This document shows, piece by piece, positions 12,508-24,012 of a stretch of DNA of 58,395 nucleotides (position 1 is its first letter; the number at the start of each line of letters is the position of its first letter). A program made the position numbers and the translations under genes. The notes beneath the pieces were generated by a model, which saw nothing but the letters and a program-made list of their open reading frames with translations, ran no database searches and was not told where the DNA came from. The stretch comes from Octopus bimaculoides (lineage: Eukaryota). The stretch is taken from NCBI RefSeq assembly GCF_001194135.2, contig NC_068982.1, positions 87,503,414-87,561,808 on the forward strand. The letters run 5' to 3'.

Positions 12508-13592
12508 TATATATAGATCGNNNNNNNNNNNNNNNNNNNNNNNNNNNNNNNNNNNNNNNNNNNNNNNNNNNNNNNNTATATATATATTTATATTAAGGGC
12601 ATTACTACACTTGAATGGCTAATGCTACAAGGGACTCTTAAAGTCAAAACTACCATAATAAATAGTGTACCGAACGCGAGGGAATGCAACTCTTGAAGTG
12701 AGCCACTTAAAAACAGATTCAGCCACATATCATATGATTTCATAATTAGTGCACAAAATGCACTTTTAATTGTCAGTCCAGGCATAATCAAGACGCATAA
12801 AAATGAACAAAAATCAACATACCAATGTGAACTTCCTAACTACATGGCCATATGTCTGTGCATGTGAGTATGTATGCTTTATTTGTCACAGTTTGACATA
12901 ACAGTCAGTTCCTAAATTTCTTTTATTCATAATTAAGTTGTGATGGCTTTGTTAAGCTCTAGCACTTAATAAACCACCTTATTGACAGTACTACAGTATG
13001 CGTCCTTTAACACCAGAGTAAGCCATTTGAACGGTCAAAAGTCTTTTAGTCCTTAGATGGCCACACAAGAGTGACACAAATGAATTTGTTCTATTATTTG
13101 TAATTCTAATTGAAATTTCTATACTTTTTGTAAGCTAATTGTGATAATAGAATACTAAGGTTTAATGACTCCTTGTTTTACATATTATAAATAACGAATT
13201 AGCACATGCTAAAGAATCAGGAAAAATGCCATGCAATATTTAGTTTTGACTCTTATATTTTAAGTTCAAATCCAGCTGAAGTCAACTTTTATCTTCCATC
13301 ATCTTTCTAAATACATATTGACTAATGGTGTTGGCATATTCAACTACTGTATATAGTGGCCTGGTCAGATGTTCTGTAATGAGCAGCTGCCAAATGATGT
13401 CAGATAAAAGAGCGGCCTATAGCCACTCCAGTTGCACAGAGTTAATTTACTGAGAATTACTAGTAATGGTTAGTGTTGCGATTTGGAGGTGAGGTGTGAG
13501 TGAACACAATACAAATGCAAGGAGAGGAACAAGTGAATGGAGGTGGTATTATATTATCAAAAGAAAAAAAAAAAAAAAAAAAAAAAAAAAAA

Positions 13593-13720
13593 CAGGCGGT
13601 AAACTGGCAGAAATGTTAGCATGCTGGGCGAAATGCTTAGCAGTATTTTGTCTTTTTATGTTCTAATCGACTGGCCCCCTCCCCCAGAATTTCGGGCCTT
13701 GTGCCTAGAGTAGAATAGAT
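13593..13720 (+). mobile_element. SINE family B, internally deleted, next to a poly(A) run
   Basis: aggcggtaaactggcagaa head joined to the ctaatcgactggcccc..gggccttgtgcctagag tail. Confidence 0.75.
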
Positions 13721-15184
13721 TATATTGTCTAAAATGAATGGAAAAGTATGTTATGAAGATGCTATCATAACTATAAATATCCTCATCATCTGTTGACATC
13801 TCTTTTCTCTGCCAGCATGAGTTGGATGGCAATATAAATATATTAGTGACTGTTTTAATGTTAGGAAGCAAATTCACTGACATTATGATTGTTTCATAAA
13901 GCAATGGTGCGAAAAATAATTTTACATGGTTATTAAATTTTAGCTAAGTGAAGAACTTAAACAGGACTCTTCTGGAAATGTACTGGTTACTAGGGAAGGT
14001 ACAGTGGGACACAGAACAACTCTAGTCTATCTTCCTATTCTGTCTCACTTTCCAAATAGCAACATATACATCAATGATATTACATGGGTGTAGATACATA
14101 CATTTTACACATAGCTGAAGAAACATATATTACATGAGCAGAGATACACAAACACTACACATGGATATAGATAAATACATATTACTTGTTAGTGCAAGCA
14201 TACTCGTGTCATTTATGATTACAGGTACACAGTTATCTATTGTAGGTGCGAATGTACACATATTTGCGAATGTAAATACACACATATAATTTTTAGGTTT
14301 AGATGCAGATGCAGAGTCAGATATCCCTTCTGTACTTTTGCAACTCTGCATAGCTGTTTGGACCCTTTCTGAGAAAACTTCATAGCTAGTGCACACTAAT
14401 TGAAGTCATAAGTGAATGTCACTGAAACCTGCATACAGAACCATTGCTGAAGTAAATATATATTTACAGAACTTTTCTTCGGGATCAAAACCAAAGTAAA
14501 TATCCAGAGATATGTTCAGCATGAAAACCGATCTAGTCAATTAAGAAGTTTTAATTAATCAAAATCACAGTGAAGTAAAGAGAAAGAATCATTAGCTCAA
14601 CTCTTGTTGTGTTAATAAAATTAATTTCGAGTTGAATTACCGAAAATTTGTTGAGCTTCTGAAAGTCATTACATTTTTGTGCGTGTGCTAAATAACCATT
14701 AATCTTCACAAAGCCAAGGAAAACAACCCTAATTAAAATATCAGTGTTGCCTCCCCTTTTTTTAACTATGGCTGTAGCTGTCAATGGTTACAATTTCTTA
14801 TTTCAGTACAAACTCTTTAACATTCATATTACTTGGTTAAATGTAATGCTTATTTATCCACATTGTTTTGAATAAATTATGTAGTATCTCTTAGTTTTGA
14901 GATTTCAATGATGTGATTGTTTACTTTTAGATTGATACTGTGCAGTGGGTATAAGAAGCTGAATCTGTCTGGTTTGAATATAAAACAGGTAGAATATTTG
15001 GGCTGGATACGTCCCATTTAAATGTTAAAGAGTTATATTAGTATATGTTATATATTGATTATATTGATCTTATCATAACAAATATATTTTATTTCATACA
15101 TTCAATATTGAACTGGGATCTAACGACACCAATCAAGTTTTTTTTCAACCAATCTTGTTCTCTAAATCACTTTTCCCCAACTTA

Positions 15185-15567
15185 GTTGTTGGCCGTGTGG
15201 TAAGAAGCTTGCTTCCTAACCACATAGTTCTGGGTTCAGTCCCACTGCATGGCACCTTGGGCAAGTGTCTTCTACTATAGCCTTGGGCCAACCAAATTCT
15301 TTGAGTGGATTTGGTAGACAGAAACTGAAAAAAGCCTGTTGTATATACACACACACATATATGTGTGTATTTGTCCCCCCTCCCATCGCTTGACAACCGA
15401 TGCTGGTGTGTTTATGTCCCCATAACTTAGCGGTTCAGCAAGATAGACCGATAGAAAAAGTACTAGGTTTGCAAAGAATAAGTCCTGGGTCGATTTCTTT
15501 GACTAAAAGCCCTTTAAGGTGGTGCTGCGGCATGGCTGCAGCTAAATGACTGAAACGAGTAAAAGAG
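15185..15567 (+). mobile_element. SINE family A, near full length
   Basis: Colinear with 46659-47042. Confidence 0.85.
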
Positions 15568-16363
15568 AATATATACAAAGATAGATAACTCATCCCAGTA
15601 AGCATAAAATGTATATCCCTATTTTCTATTGTTAAAAATATCCCAAATTGCAACAGTTAGCAGTTAAGCTTGCATCCATGTTCAAGAAAGAAAATGAGTT
15701 GAGAATAAACTTATACATCGTAGGAGTTCAGTTTTCAAACATATGTCCTATCCTCATTTAGTTCTATTTTGTATATTAACAGAGATGTATACTTAGTGAT
15801 GAACAAATAAACAAAATGAAATAAGAATCACAAAGGTCATCATTCTTATTTCATAAATTCAGATCTTACAGAGGTTCTTGAGCAAAATGCTTAACTATGC
15901 TTGCTTGTTTGCTTGAATGCTTTCCCCCACTATCACACACACACATACACACAAAAAAGAAAAGCCAAATATATTTTATAGCTGAATGATTAATGAAGAA
16001 AAAACATCCAGCTGAAAGCTTGACTATTCCATTTTTCAACATGGAGTTAATGCAGGAGCATCTAGAAGTTTGGTCAACTTGCTAGAAACAGAAAACCCTT
16101 GCAAGTCACACCCTATCATCTCGACAGAGAAAAAAAAAATAATAAACAGAGCTGCATTAGTTATACAAAAAAGATGAAATGATCACAGCTGGAACACCAT
16201 TAATCATAGGTCTGTTTGCTCAAGACTGATCAGTTATTAAGCGACAACATAAACGACAATAGCAATACAAGCATGGAAAAATGGATGTTAAAACTGTTTA
16301 TAACCAAAAAAAAAAAAAGGACCCCAAAAAAATCCCCATTTTTTTTCTATTTTTCTTTTTTAC

Positions 16364-16410
16364 CTTTACACGGAAATCATCTGGCAGATATGAACTATTA
16401 TCCAGGACAC
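16364..16410 (-). CDS. NT5C3: NT5C3-family coding exon (47 nt): (G)VLDNSSYLPDDFRVK
   Basis: AG at 16412-16411 after a pyrimidine tract and GT at 16363-16362. Phase 1/0. Aligns to NIIDNCKLVTDECRKK. Not in the supplied ORF track on this strand. Confidence 0.92.
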
Positions 16411-17319
16411 CTATGGAAAATAAGGGAATGAAAATAATCTGTTAAGTTTGTCAAAGAATTAGGGAATTCAAGTAAAAACTAAAAGCTTTTTCTGTGTCCC
16501 ATAAAACCTTCAGTAATTTTGATACGGTTACATAGTTCCAGAGATTTTGCAAATATTTACTGCAGGATTAAGTTATTTTCCACTTCAGAATATTTTTGTT
16601 TTGGAAGGACATCAACAGAAAAGAGGAATCTATGCAGTTCTAGGACTCCAACACAAAGAAAAAACAAAAAAAAAACAAAGCAAACACAAATTGTAGTGAA
16701 CTAATGCAAACAAAATAGAAATTTATTTGTAAAAATAAGGTGAGAAGTTTGTGTGTTGCAAAGAGAGGTGAGTAACAACATTCAAGTGCATCCCTTCATT
16801 GACATATATATAAATATATATATATATATAAAGATATTTCGTTTTGGGATTTGGTTTGCAAGATTTTTTATGTGAGTTCGTGTGTAGAAGGATATTTTGT
16901 TGTGTCTCAGGAGAGTCATTCTCTTTTAGTGCCTTATTATTTAACACACTCATTGGTAAAGTTTCTACTCATTTACTTATTTATTTTTCTAAAATGTTCG
17001 TTGCGTCTTGCAACCTTTTCTATAGTTGTTGAGTGATACAGTGAGGGCAAGAAAGGGGATTGGAAAACAATCATAATTTATGAGGAGGAAATGTGAGGAA
17101 GAAAAAGATGCAATTAGAAGAGGAGTTGTAGTTTGATTTATTAGGGTAGAGTGGGGGAAAGTGTTTTGTTACATGTGGGTGGAGCACAATTCTTCTAGCA
17201 CTCAGTTTCATGGATGAGTCTTCCCTAGGACCTCACATCACCAAATGTCTGGGTCTACTGCCATTTCCTCTGTGAGCCCCAACATCCTAAGATCAGTCCT
17301 CACCACATACACACACACA

Positions 17320-17990
17320 CATCATCATCATCATCATTTAATGTCCATTTTCCATTTTCCATGCTAGTATGGTTTAGATTGTTTGACAGGATCCAGCAAG
17401 CAGCAGGTCTATACTGAGCTCCAGTATCAGCTTTAGTATGGCTTCTATGGTTGAATTTCCTTCTTAATGCAAACTCCTTTTTACAGAGTGTACGGGGGTG
17501 CTTTTTTTCTTGCATTAGTGAAGTTGCTATGGAACTTGCAAGGCAATAAAAGAACAAGGAGAAAGGAAAAGAAAAAAACTCAACTACTAAATGTGTGGGG
17601 TGTTGGGGGGACTGGAGTAGGGGAAGTGGCTTTATACTAAATGTTGAAAGGCTAAGGTATGACAGAGGGACAAGCATAAGTATCTCTTACTACGGAAGGG
17701 ATACATGACTACCACACATTATACAGAGGTAGGTGGAAGTAGTCTCTCTCTCATCGTCATCACCAACATTTAACATCTGTTTTCCTTCCTGGCATGGGTT
17801 AAATGGCTTGACAGAAACTGGCAAGGCCAGGGGTACCAAATTCCTTAGTCTGCTTTGACTTGGTTTCTGTGGTTGAATGCCCTTCATAATGCTGACCACT
17901 TCACAGAGTGTACCGGGTGCTTTTTATGTGGCACCAGCACCCACACCAATGCTTTTTACTTGGCACCTTGGTTTTAGGATCTCAATTCTG
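17320..17990 (-). mobile_element. Two diverged LINE-tail copies (17320-17520 and 17750-17990)
   Basis: (CAT)n tails plus ttccatgctag..acagagtgta..gggtgctttt similarity to 3315-3545. Confidence 0.65.
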
Positions 17991-18130
17991 CTGTGGTGGG
18001 TGGGTCTTCTCAACATTGACAAAAACCAATTAGGATACGGATAAAAAAAGATCTTAAAACCTTCTTGATTCAATCATACACAGGTTATTAACAATTAATT
18101 CGTGAAAATAATGATAAGAATAATACTCAC

Positions 18131-18200
18131 CATGACATGAGTCACATCGTTTGTTTTGATATGAATGCATGGTTAGTGTCTGGTCAAAATCTGTTACGAT
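18131..18200 (-). CDS. NT5C3: NT5C3-family coding exon (70 nt) with catalytic HAD motif I: IVTDFDQTLTMHSYQNKRCDSCH(G)
   Basis: AG at 18202-18201 and GTGAG at 18130-18126. Phase 0/1. DxDxT motif; aligns to [23 protein letters not shown]. Confidence 0.97.
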
Positions 18201-18374
18201 CTGTAAGAAACAAGAAAGTAAGTTACTGTGTTGAGGGCAAACAAAAGACACGAAGAGGAATAAATTATTTATGTAATTACGTATAATCAGTTTGTTTATA
18301 AACTTTGATTTAATCTTATAACAGATGTGATATAATATTTGAAGCTAATTTTCTCCAATAAATTTTATCTATAA

Positions 18375-18530
18375 GGCTTGGCTGTGTGGTTAAGAAGCTT
18401 GCTACTGAACCATGCAGTCTTGGATCCAGTTCCACCATGTGGTACATTGGGCACGTGTCTTCTACTATAGACCTAAACTGACCAAATGCTTATGAATGAA
18501 TTTGGTAGACAAAAACTGAAAAAAAAAAAA
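18375..18530 (+). mobile_element. SINE family A, truncated
   Basis: ggctgtgtggttaagaagcttgct head. Confidence 0.7.
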
Positions 18531-19379
18531 ATCTGTGTGTGTGTGTGTGTGCAGGCATGCGAGTGTGTGTTCGTGCGTGTGTGTGTTACAGACAAGAAAC
18601 ACTCAAAATGCTTCATCAAATTCAAGCACTCAGGGTTTCCTAGCTGAAATATTAAATCTATTTTGCTATTTTTCAGGCAGATAAATTCCAAAAGAGTTTA
18701 ATAACTGTGTTTGATGTAATCAAGATGTAAAAGTGCATGTGTATTTTGAAAAAGATAGAGAGCAATGAAAGATATACAATTAATTGCACAGCAAATACAG
18801 GCAGTTTTTGATAAATATCAAAACTTTCATAAGTCAACACAAGAATGGGTTATAGACTGTTTGGTTGGTTTATCTTCAATTCCTGCTAAGATGTACTCTG
18901 TAAAATGTGAATATGATGAAAAAATCTCGCAGTTTTTCAAGGAAGCACACAGAACATCTCTGTAACCCATTAAAATAAGGCTTGGTCTTAGAAAGGATCT
19001 TCCATCTGATGTTGTAGTTGATGTTTGCATCCTCCTAAGTCTCCATATTGACACTGAAAGGGTTGTTCTATGTCTCTTCTTGGGGTGCCTAGGGGTAGAA
19101 AGTTAGTTGTTGTATCTAGATTTAATAACTCAACCTGGGAACCAGGGATATCTGAATTTCACTTTTTGTGTTTCTTATCTTTACTCTTCTGACTAAATGG
19201 TAAAAGAAAAAACCCTTTCCACTTCTATTTTCTTTCTTTTCTCTACAATCCTTTCATCTCTTTCCCTCACCCTCTTTTTCCTGTTGTATTCTTCCTTTTT
19301 TTCTGTCTCTGAATATCAATTCTTTTGGAAGCTTTGTAAATTTGCAATCAAATATCAAAGAAATGTCTAGGATCAAACA

Positions 19380-20400
19380 CCTAGCTCAGAAGAGAGGAAG
19401 CTCTGAGTTATACACAACCACCTCTCTAGTCCTGGTGCTGTGAATTCTACCAGTTCTATGTCAACAAACCCTGGCAGAAGATGTGATTCATTCATCTGAG
19501 ACACTTAAGTTGGTGACTAAAACCACCCAGGATATTATTACAAAGCCTGGAAAATAATCCTCAAGAAAGCAAACGGTGTATCCCAAAATGCAACAAAGCT
19601 TTCTGACTCCTTGCCAAGGCAGTCTGTGGAATCTTACCTACTGCTTCTCTACCAAGATGGCTCTTAAGTACTTTCACAGATAAAGCTAGTATTTTCTATC
19701 CATGTTAACTCAAAGTCCATACACATGAAATGCAAAGCCCTCCTAAACTATCTTCTGCATTTTATAGTTCTGACAAGCACATACATGCAACTCACAAATG
19801 TGAAACTTCTCTGTTCCTCAAGCACAAGGTGATAAGTTCTGATTGTATTCCTTCTGTTATCCTAAAACAGTGTGTCCCAGAGCTAATTTTAATCTTGACT
19901 AAACTCTTCAGTCTTTCTTTCTCTGCAAGAATCTATCTCAGTTTATAAAACCATGCTCAAGTGTGTTCTACTTTCAAGAAGGATAAATGCTCAGACCCGG
20001 CCAACTACTAACTTATTGCTCACTAAAATTCAACATCTCTAAGATGTCGATAATATTATAAACAATTAACTCCTTCATCAATTTGAGTTTCTCCTCCCCT
20101 CTCTCTTCTCAATGATCAGCATGGTTTCCACAGAGCCATATCTGCCAGAGACATGCTTTCTTATACCATACACTATTGGTCTCCTCTTTTGAGTACTTTG
20201 GCAAAAAGACTTGTTATCGCTGTTGATAACAGAAGAGTCATTGACGTTGCCTGATGAGAGAAAATTGTTTCTCATCTCATATCACACCACTTTGCAACTG
20301 TGGCTGATGTTGCATTCTACAATTTATACTCCATTAACTCTGGTATACTCCAATGTATACACATACACTTCTTCCTGTTCATTAATAACATGCTTGCTGT
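19380..20400 (+). mobile_element. Highly decayed CR1/L2/Jockey-like LINE RT region
   Basis: SDCIPSVILKQCVPELILILTKLFSLS..KKDKCSDPANY and later NDQHGF, matching the pre-RT and RT0-1 pattern. Boundaries are approximate. Confidence 0.65.
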
Positions 20401-20414
20401 CACTTTATAAAGTG

Positions 20415-20700
20415 AAGGCATGTGGCAAATTTTTCAGGTTGCTGCACTCACAACCACAAGATCATGATTTCAATTCCTGAACCAGGTAGTGTGTTGTGTT
20501 CTTGAGCAAAGCACTTCGTTTCAAGTTGCTCCAGTCCACTCATTTGTAAATGTGTAACCCTGTGATGAACTGGCATCCTGTTCAGGGCTACTGTTGTGAT
20601 TGTGGTCACTTATATGCATGGAAACCAAATAACCAGCCCTATAAGTCTTAGGGACTTGAGACAGTAATGTTTAAGGGTTGATGATGACGATGATGATGTT
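20415..20700 (+). mobile_element. tRNA-derived SINE (family C head) with (GAT)n tail
   Basis: tttcaattcc B-box-like, tgtgttgtgttcttgagcaa core, accctgtgatgaactggcatcctgttcaggg block. Confidence 0.65.
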
Positions 20701-21704
20701 ATTTCACATAGCATACATTTCTATGAAGAACACTACACTTCACTTCTTAACTTTACTCATACACATGAAACATCCACATTCAATCTAGAGATCTAATGCC
20801 AGAACTGTACTGCCTCCTTAAATAGAATTCTTGAAAACACCCTTCAATACACTGCAGCCTAGTTTCCTTTTGCACAAACACACCATCATTACACACATAT
20901 CAATGAAACAAACTTGCAATATATTATCTCCATGAGTGAGCAACACACAAGCAAAACCACCAAGTCACTGTAAGTGTCACAATCATTTATGATTCCTCAT
21001 GGGAAAACTCATACACGGAGGAGTGCCAAAACTGCAGATTGACCAAGTACTTTCAGCCTTAATTAGTTACTGGCCTCTGAAAGCTTGAGTAAGGGTCACA
21101 GTGGAGTACTGCTGGCATATTTGGAACAAACTGCATTTACACAAACAAATAATTTAGAACAAATCCATAAAGATGAAGGAATATGTGAAAATTTAAAATC
21201 CTTATCTCTCTTTTTTTTTTCACTTTATAGACTGGTCATCAGGCATCTTACATTAGCTTTGTTTCACAGACAGGCCTACACTTAAGTAGAAGTCTTTTAA
21301 GGAGATTTATGACTGACTGTGAGAGAGATTCCAGTATGTAGTTAATTTAAATTGTCTCCATGGAGAACAATATTATGAATGTTCCTTTTCATTTAGGTCC
21401 ACTATTTCATCAACTGCAGGCAAGTTAATTGGGCAACCTAAGAATAATGTACTTCACAATACAAAAGTTGCTGTGTTAAACCTTTTGTAACCATATTTCT
21501 TTTGAAATACATTTCTGTTGATAATTTTAAAATAAAATAAGAATTCAGTAAAATGACATTGTCATTATTAAGCTGGGGTTTGAAATTTGGATGGAAGGTT
21601 TTAATTTAGATTACTTTAAACAGAAAGTTTGAATCATAAATACGAGGTGCCTCAGGTGAATTAGTACCAAAAGGCTTAAGATATTGACTAAAAGGGTTAA
21701 GATA

Positions 21705-21754
21705 TTGGACTATTTACCCTGGGCTTATGCATAATCCAAGGGTAAATAGTCCAG
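21705..21754. repeat. 50-bp near-perfect palindrome flanked by TA (mini fold-back or MITE)
   Basis: tggactatttaccctgggcttatg|cataatccaagggtaaatagtcca has 2 mismatches. TA at 21703-04 and 21755-56. Confidence 0.8.
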
Positions 21755-21824
21755 TAATTTAGCCTTGGAACCCTTGTGCCTTATACAAAGATACATAAAG
21801 AGAAAGTGAGAATATCTGGTATAC

Positions 21825-21923
21825 CTGCAACTTATCAGGTCCATCAGAGATGAATTTCTTTACGATCTGGTTGATTTTATCAACATTAGAAATACAAACA
21901 TTTCCTGCTTTCAGTTCTGGGAG
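21825..21923 (-). CDS. NT5C3: NT5C3-family coding exon (99 nt): LPELKAGNVCISNVDKINQIVKKFISDGPDKLQ
   Basis: AG at 21925-21924 after a long pyrimidine tract and GT at 21824-21823. Phase 0/0. Aligns to [33 protein letters not shown]. Confidence 0.93.
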
Positions 21924-23050
21924 CTGAGGAATAGAAAGAAAAGAAAAGTATAACAAAACAGAGAAATATGCAATATTAAGAAAGGTACTGAATAATAAAA
22001 TAGAATAATAGGAATTTTAAGAAATGAACCCCAAGTAAATTTGAAATCTCATCCCATGTTAGGTATGGCTGATGCTTTTTTGATGCCACTTTGTGCCAAC
22101 GCTAGAAAAAAAAAATTAAATGCCAGAAACAATTATTATCTATATATTAATACGCTAAGGCCGAATGCATCATGCTGTCACATGGTTAGTTGAAGGAAGA
22201 GGTGAAAAGCAAGAGAAAAAGAGGGAGAGAGAAGAGTTAGTGATGTGAGTTAGGGGGGAAATAATAGTTATGTAGTTAAAAAGTAGGTTGATGGGAGAGG
22301 TATAGAAAAAGAGAGTTAGAAATACAATTTTTAGCAGAGTAGTGATACTCTAGTGGAAAGGCAGATAGAGAGAGAGTAGGTTGGCAGTTATATTGAGAGT
22401 GAGAGGCAGATAAAGAGAGAGAGAGAGAGAGTAGTGATACTATGCCAGCCAATGTAATATGCTGTCACATAGTGGAAGTGAGAGGTGAACAGAAAAAGAG
22501 AAATGATAATTAGTTGAAGTAAGAGGCAGAGAGAAAAAGAGAGAAAGAAATATAAAGCGTTTAGCAGAGGGAAATTTTAAACTTCATATATTATAGTGAC
22601 TGACAAAACAAAAAATAACATTTTTCTACTATTCAGTCTTTTATATCTTCTATCTGTCAATCTATTTATCTATTCAAATAATCAAATGCATGTACAATTC
22701 GATGGTAGACAGAAAGCTTATAATAGATACAGATTTTTCAATGAAAGTGAAATAACTAAGCAAAATAAGTGGATGTTATTTTTTAAAAATCTGTTATTCA
22801 AACTTTGTATTGTCAGAGCAGAAAGAAACATTAACAGTGAGACAAGTAGATATGTAACAAACAACTGAAATGAAATGAAATGAAAATAATCTTGGTTGAC
22901 AACAACTTAGATTGAGCTTTGTTACTGAAAACTAGAGTGGTGGTGGTGGTAGTGATAATGGTGATGATGATAGTGGAGGTGGCCGTAGTGAGTGGATGGT
23001 GAAAAGTGTAGTTTTTTTTTATTATTGAACTAAATTTTTTATATCACCCA

Positions 23051-23175
23051 TCATCATCATCATCGTTTAACATCCGCTTTCCATGCTAGCATGGGTTGGA
23101 TGATTTGACTGAGGACTGGTGAACCGGATGGCTGCACCAGGTTCCAATCTGATCTGGCAGAGTTTCTACAGCTGG
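23051..23175 (-). mobile_element. Short RTE LINE 3'-tail copy
   Basis: Matches 3315-3445. Confidence 0.8.
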
Positions 23176-23410
23176 AAACTGTAGAAACTGTATGGTTTCT
23201 AATAGAAACCATAACTACATTTCCATGTTTCAGGATGATTAGCCATATATCTATGCAGGGATATAAGTTAGTAAATATGATTATTACAAGCTCTTTTTTG
23301 CATGCATTACATTCTACATGCTTTCACAAGAATCAGTTATTGGGAAATGGTATCTTTTTATATAAAATGATACGAATTACAACACAAATATAAAAGCAAA
23401 TATCATATAG

Positions 23411-23456
<46 letters not shown>

Positions 23457-23528
23457 CAGAGTAAGCGCATAAATGCGAAACAAGGTGGGAAAAATAGTAC
23501 TTGAATATCAGAGGTAGAGTAATATGCT

Positions 23529-23684
23529 TTATTAAAAAGCAGCAAAAATATCGCAAAAACTGTTACTCAGAGTTTCACGTTCCCATTTGTCGGACAGTTT
23601 TGTTTCTAAACAAAACTTTCCGACAAATGGGAACGTGAAACTATGAGTAACAGTTTTTGTGATATTTTTGCTGCTTTTTAATAA
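23529..23684. repeat. 156-bp palindrome (77-bp arms, 2-nt loop, 3 mismatches), probably derived from a PLE pseudo-LTR
   Basis: Arms are symmetric about 23606/23607 and each contains a hammerhead-like motif. Confidence 0.85.
23556..23601 (-). ncRNA. Degenerate minimal type I hammerhead-like motif (mirror copy at 23612-23657, +)
   Basis: aaaactgt CCGACAA atg-ggaa-cgt GAAA ctc-t-gag TA acagtttt: 8-bp stem I, 3-bp stem II, near-palindromic stem III, GUA site. The core deviates at U4 and G8. Confidence 0.6.
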
Positions 23685-23706
23685 TGTGTATATATATAAA
23701 GGAATA

Positions 23707-24012
23707 AAGATCCCCTTTGGTCATGGGATTGCACCTAGAAAGTCCCCCCCCCCCCAAGCACAAGTCTGGCAAGATTGTTTATGGAAGACCAGCAATTGCC
23801 TATGCATACCAGCCTCCCCTCTCCATGCCACGGGAAAGGCAAAGGCTGATAGAGCTTGGCACCAGTGACGTCGCAACTCATTTCTACAACTGAGTGAACT
23901 GGAGTAACGTGAAATAAAGTGTTTTGCTCAAGAACACAATGCACAGCCTAGTCCAGCAATTGAACTCACAGCCTCATGATTGTAAGCATGGTACTGTAAC
24001 CACTGAGCCATG
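23707..24012 (-). mobile_element. SINE family C, near full length (head-to-head with a second head at 24045-24135, +)
   Basis: tRNA-like head on the minus strand (ggctcagtggtt; gagttcaatt) and the tgtgttcttgagcaaaacactttatttcacgtt core. Confidence 0.75.

Noticed and set aside
18765-19054. Overlapping short ORFs on both strands
   Set aside because: No recognisable domain; at most a faint retroelement-like trace that I cannot support.
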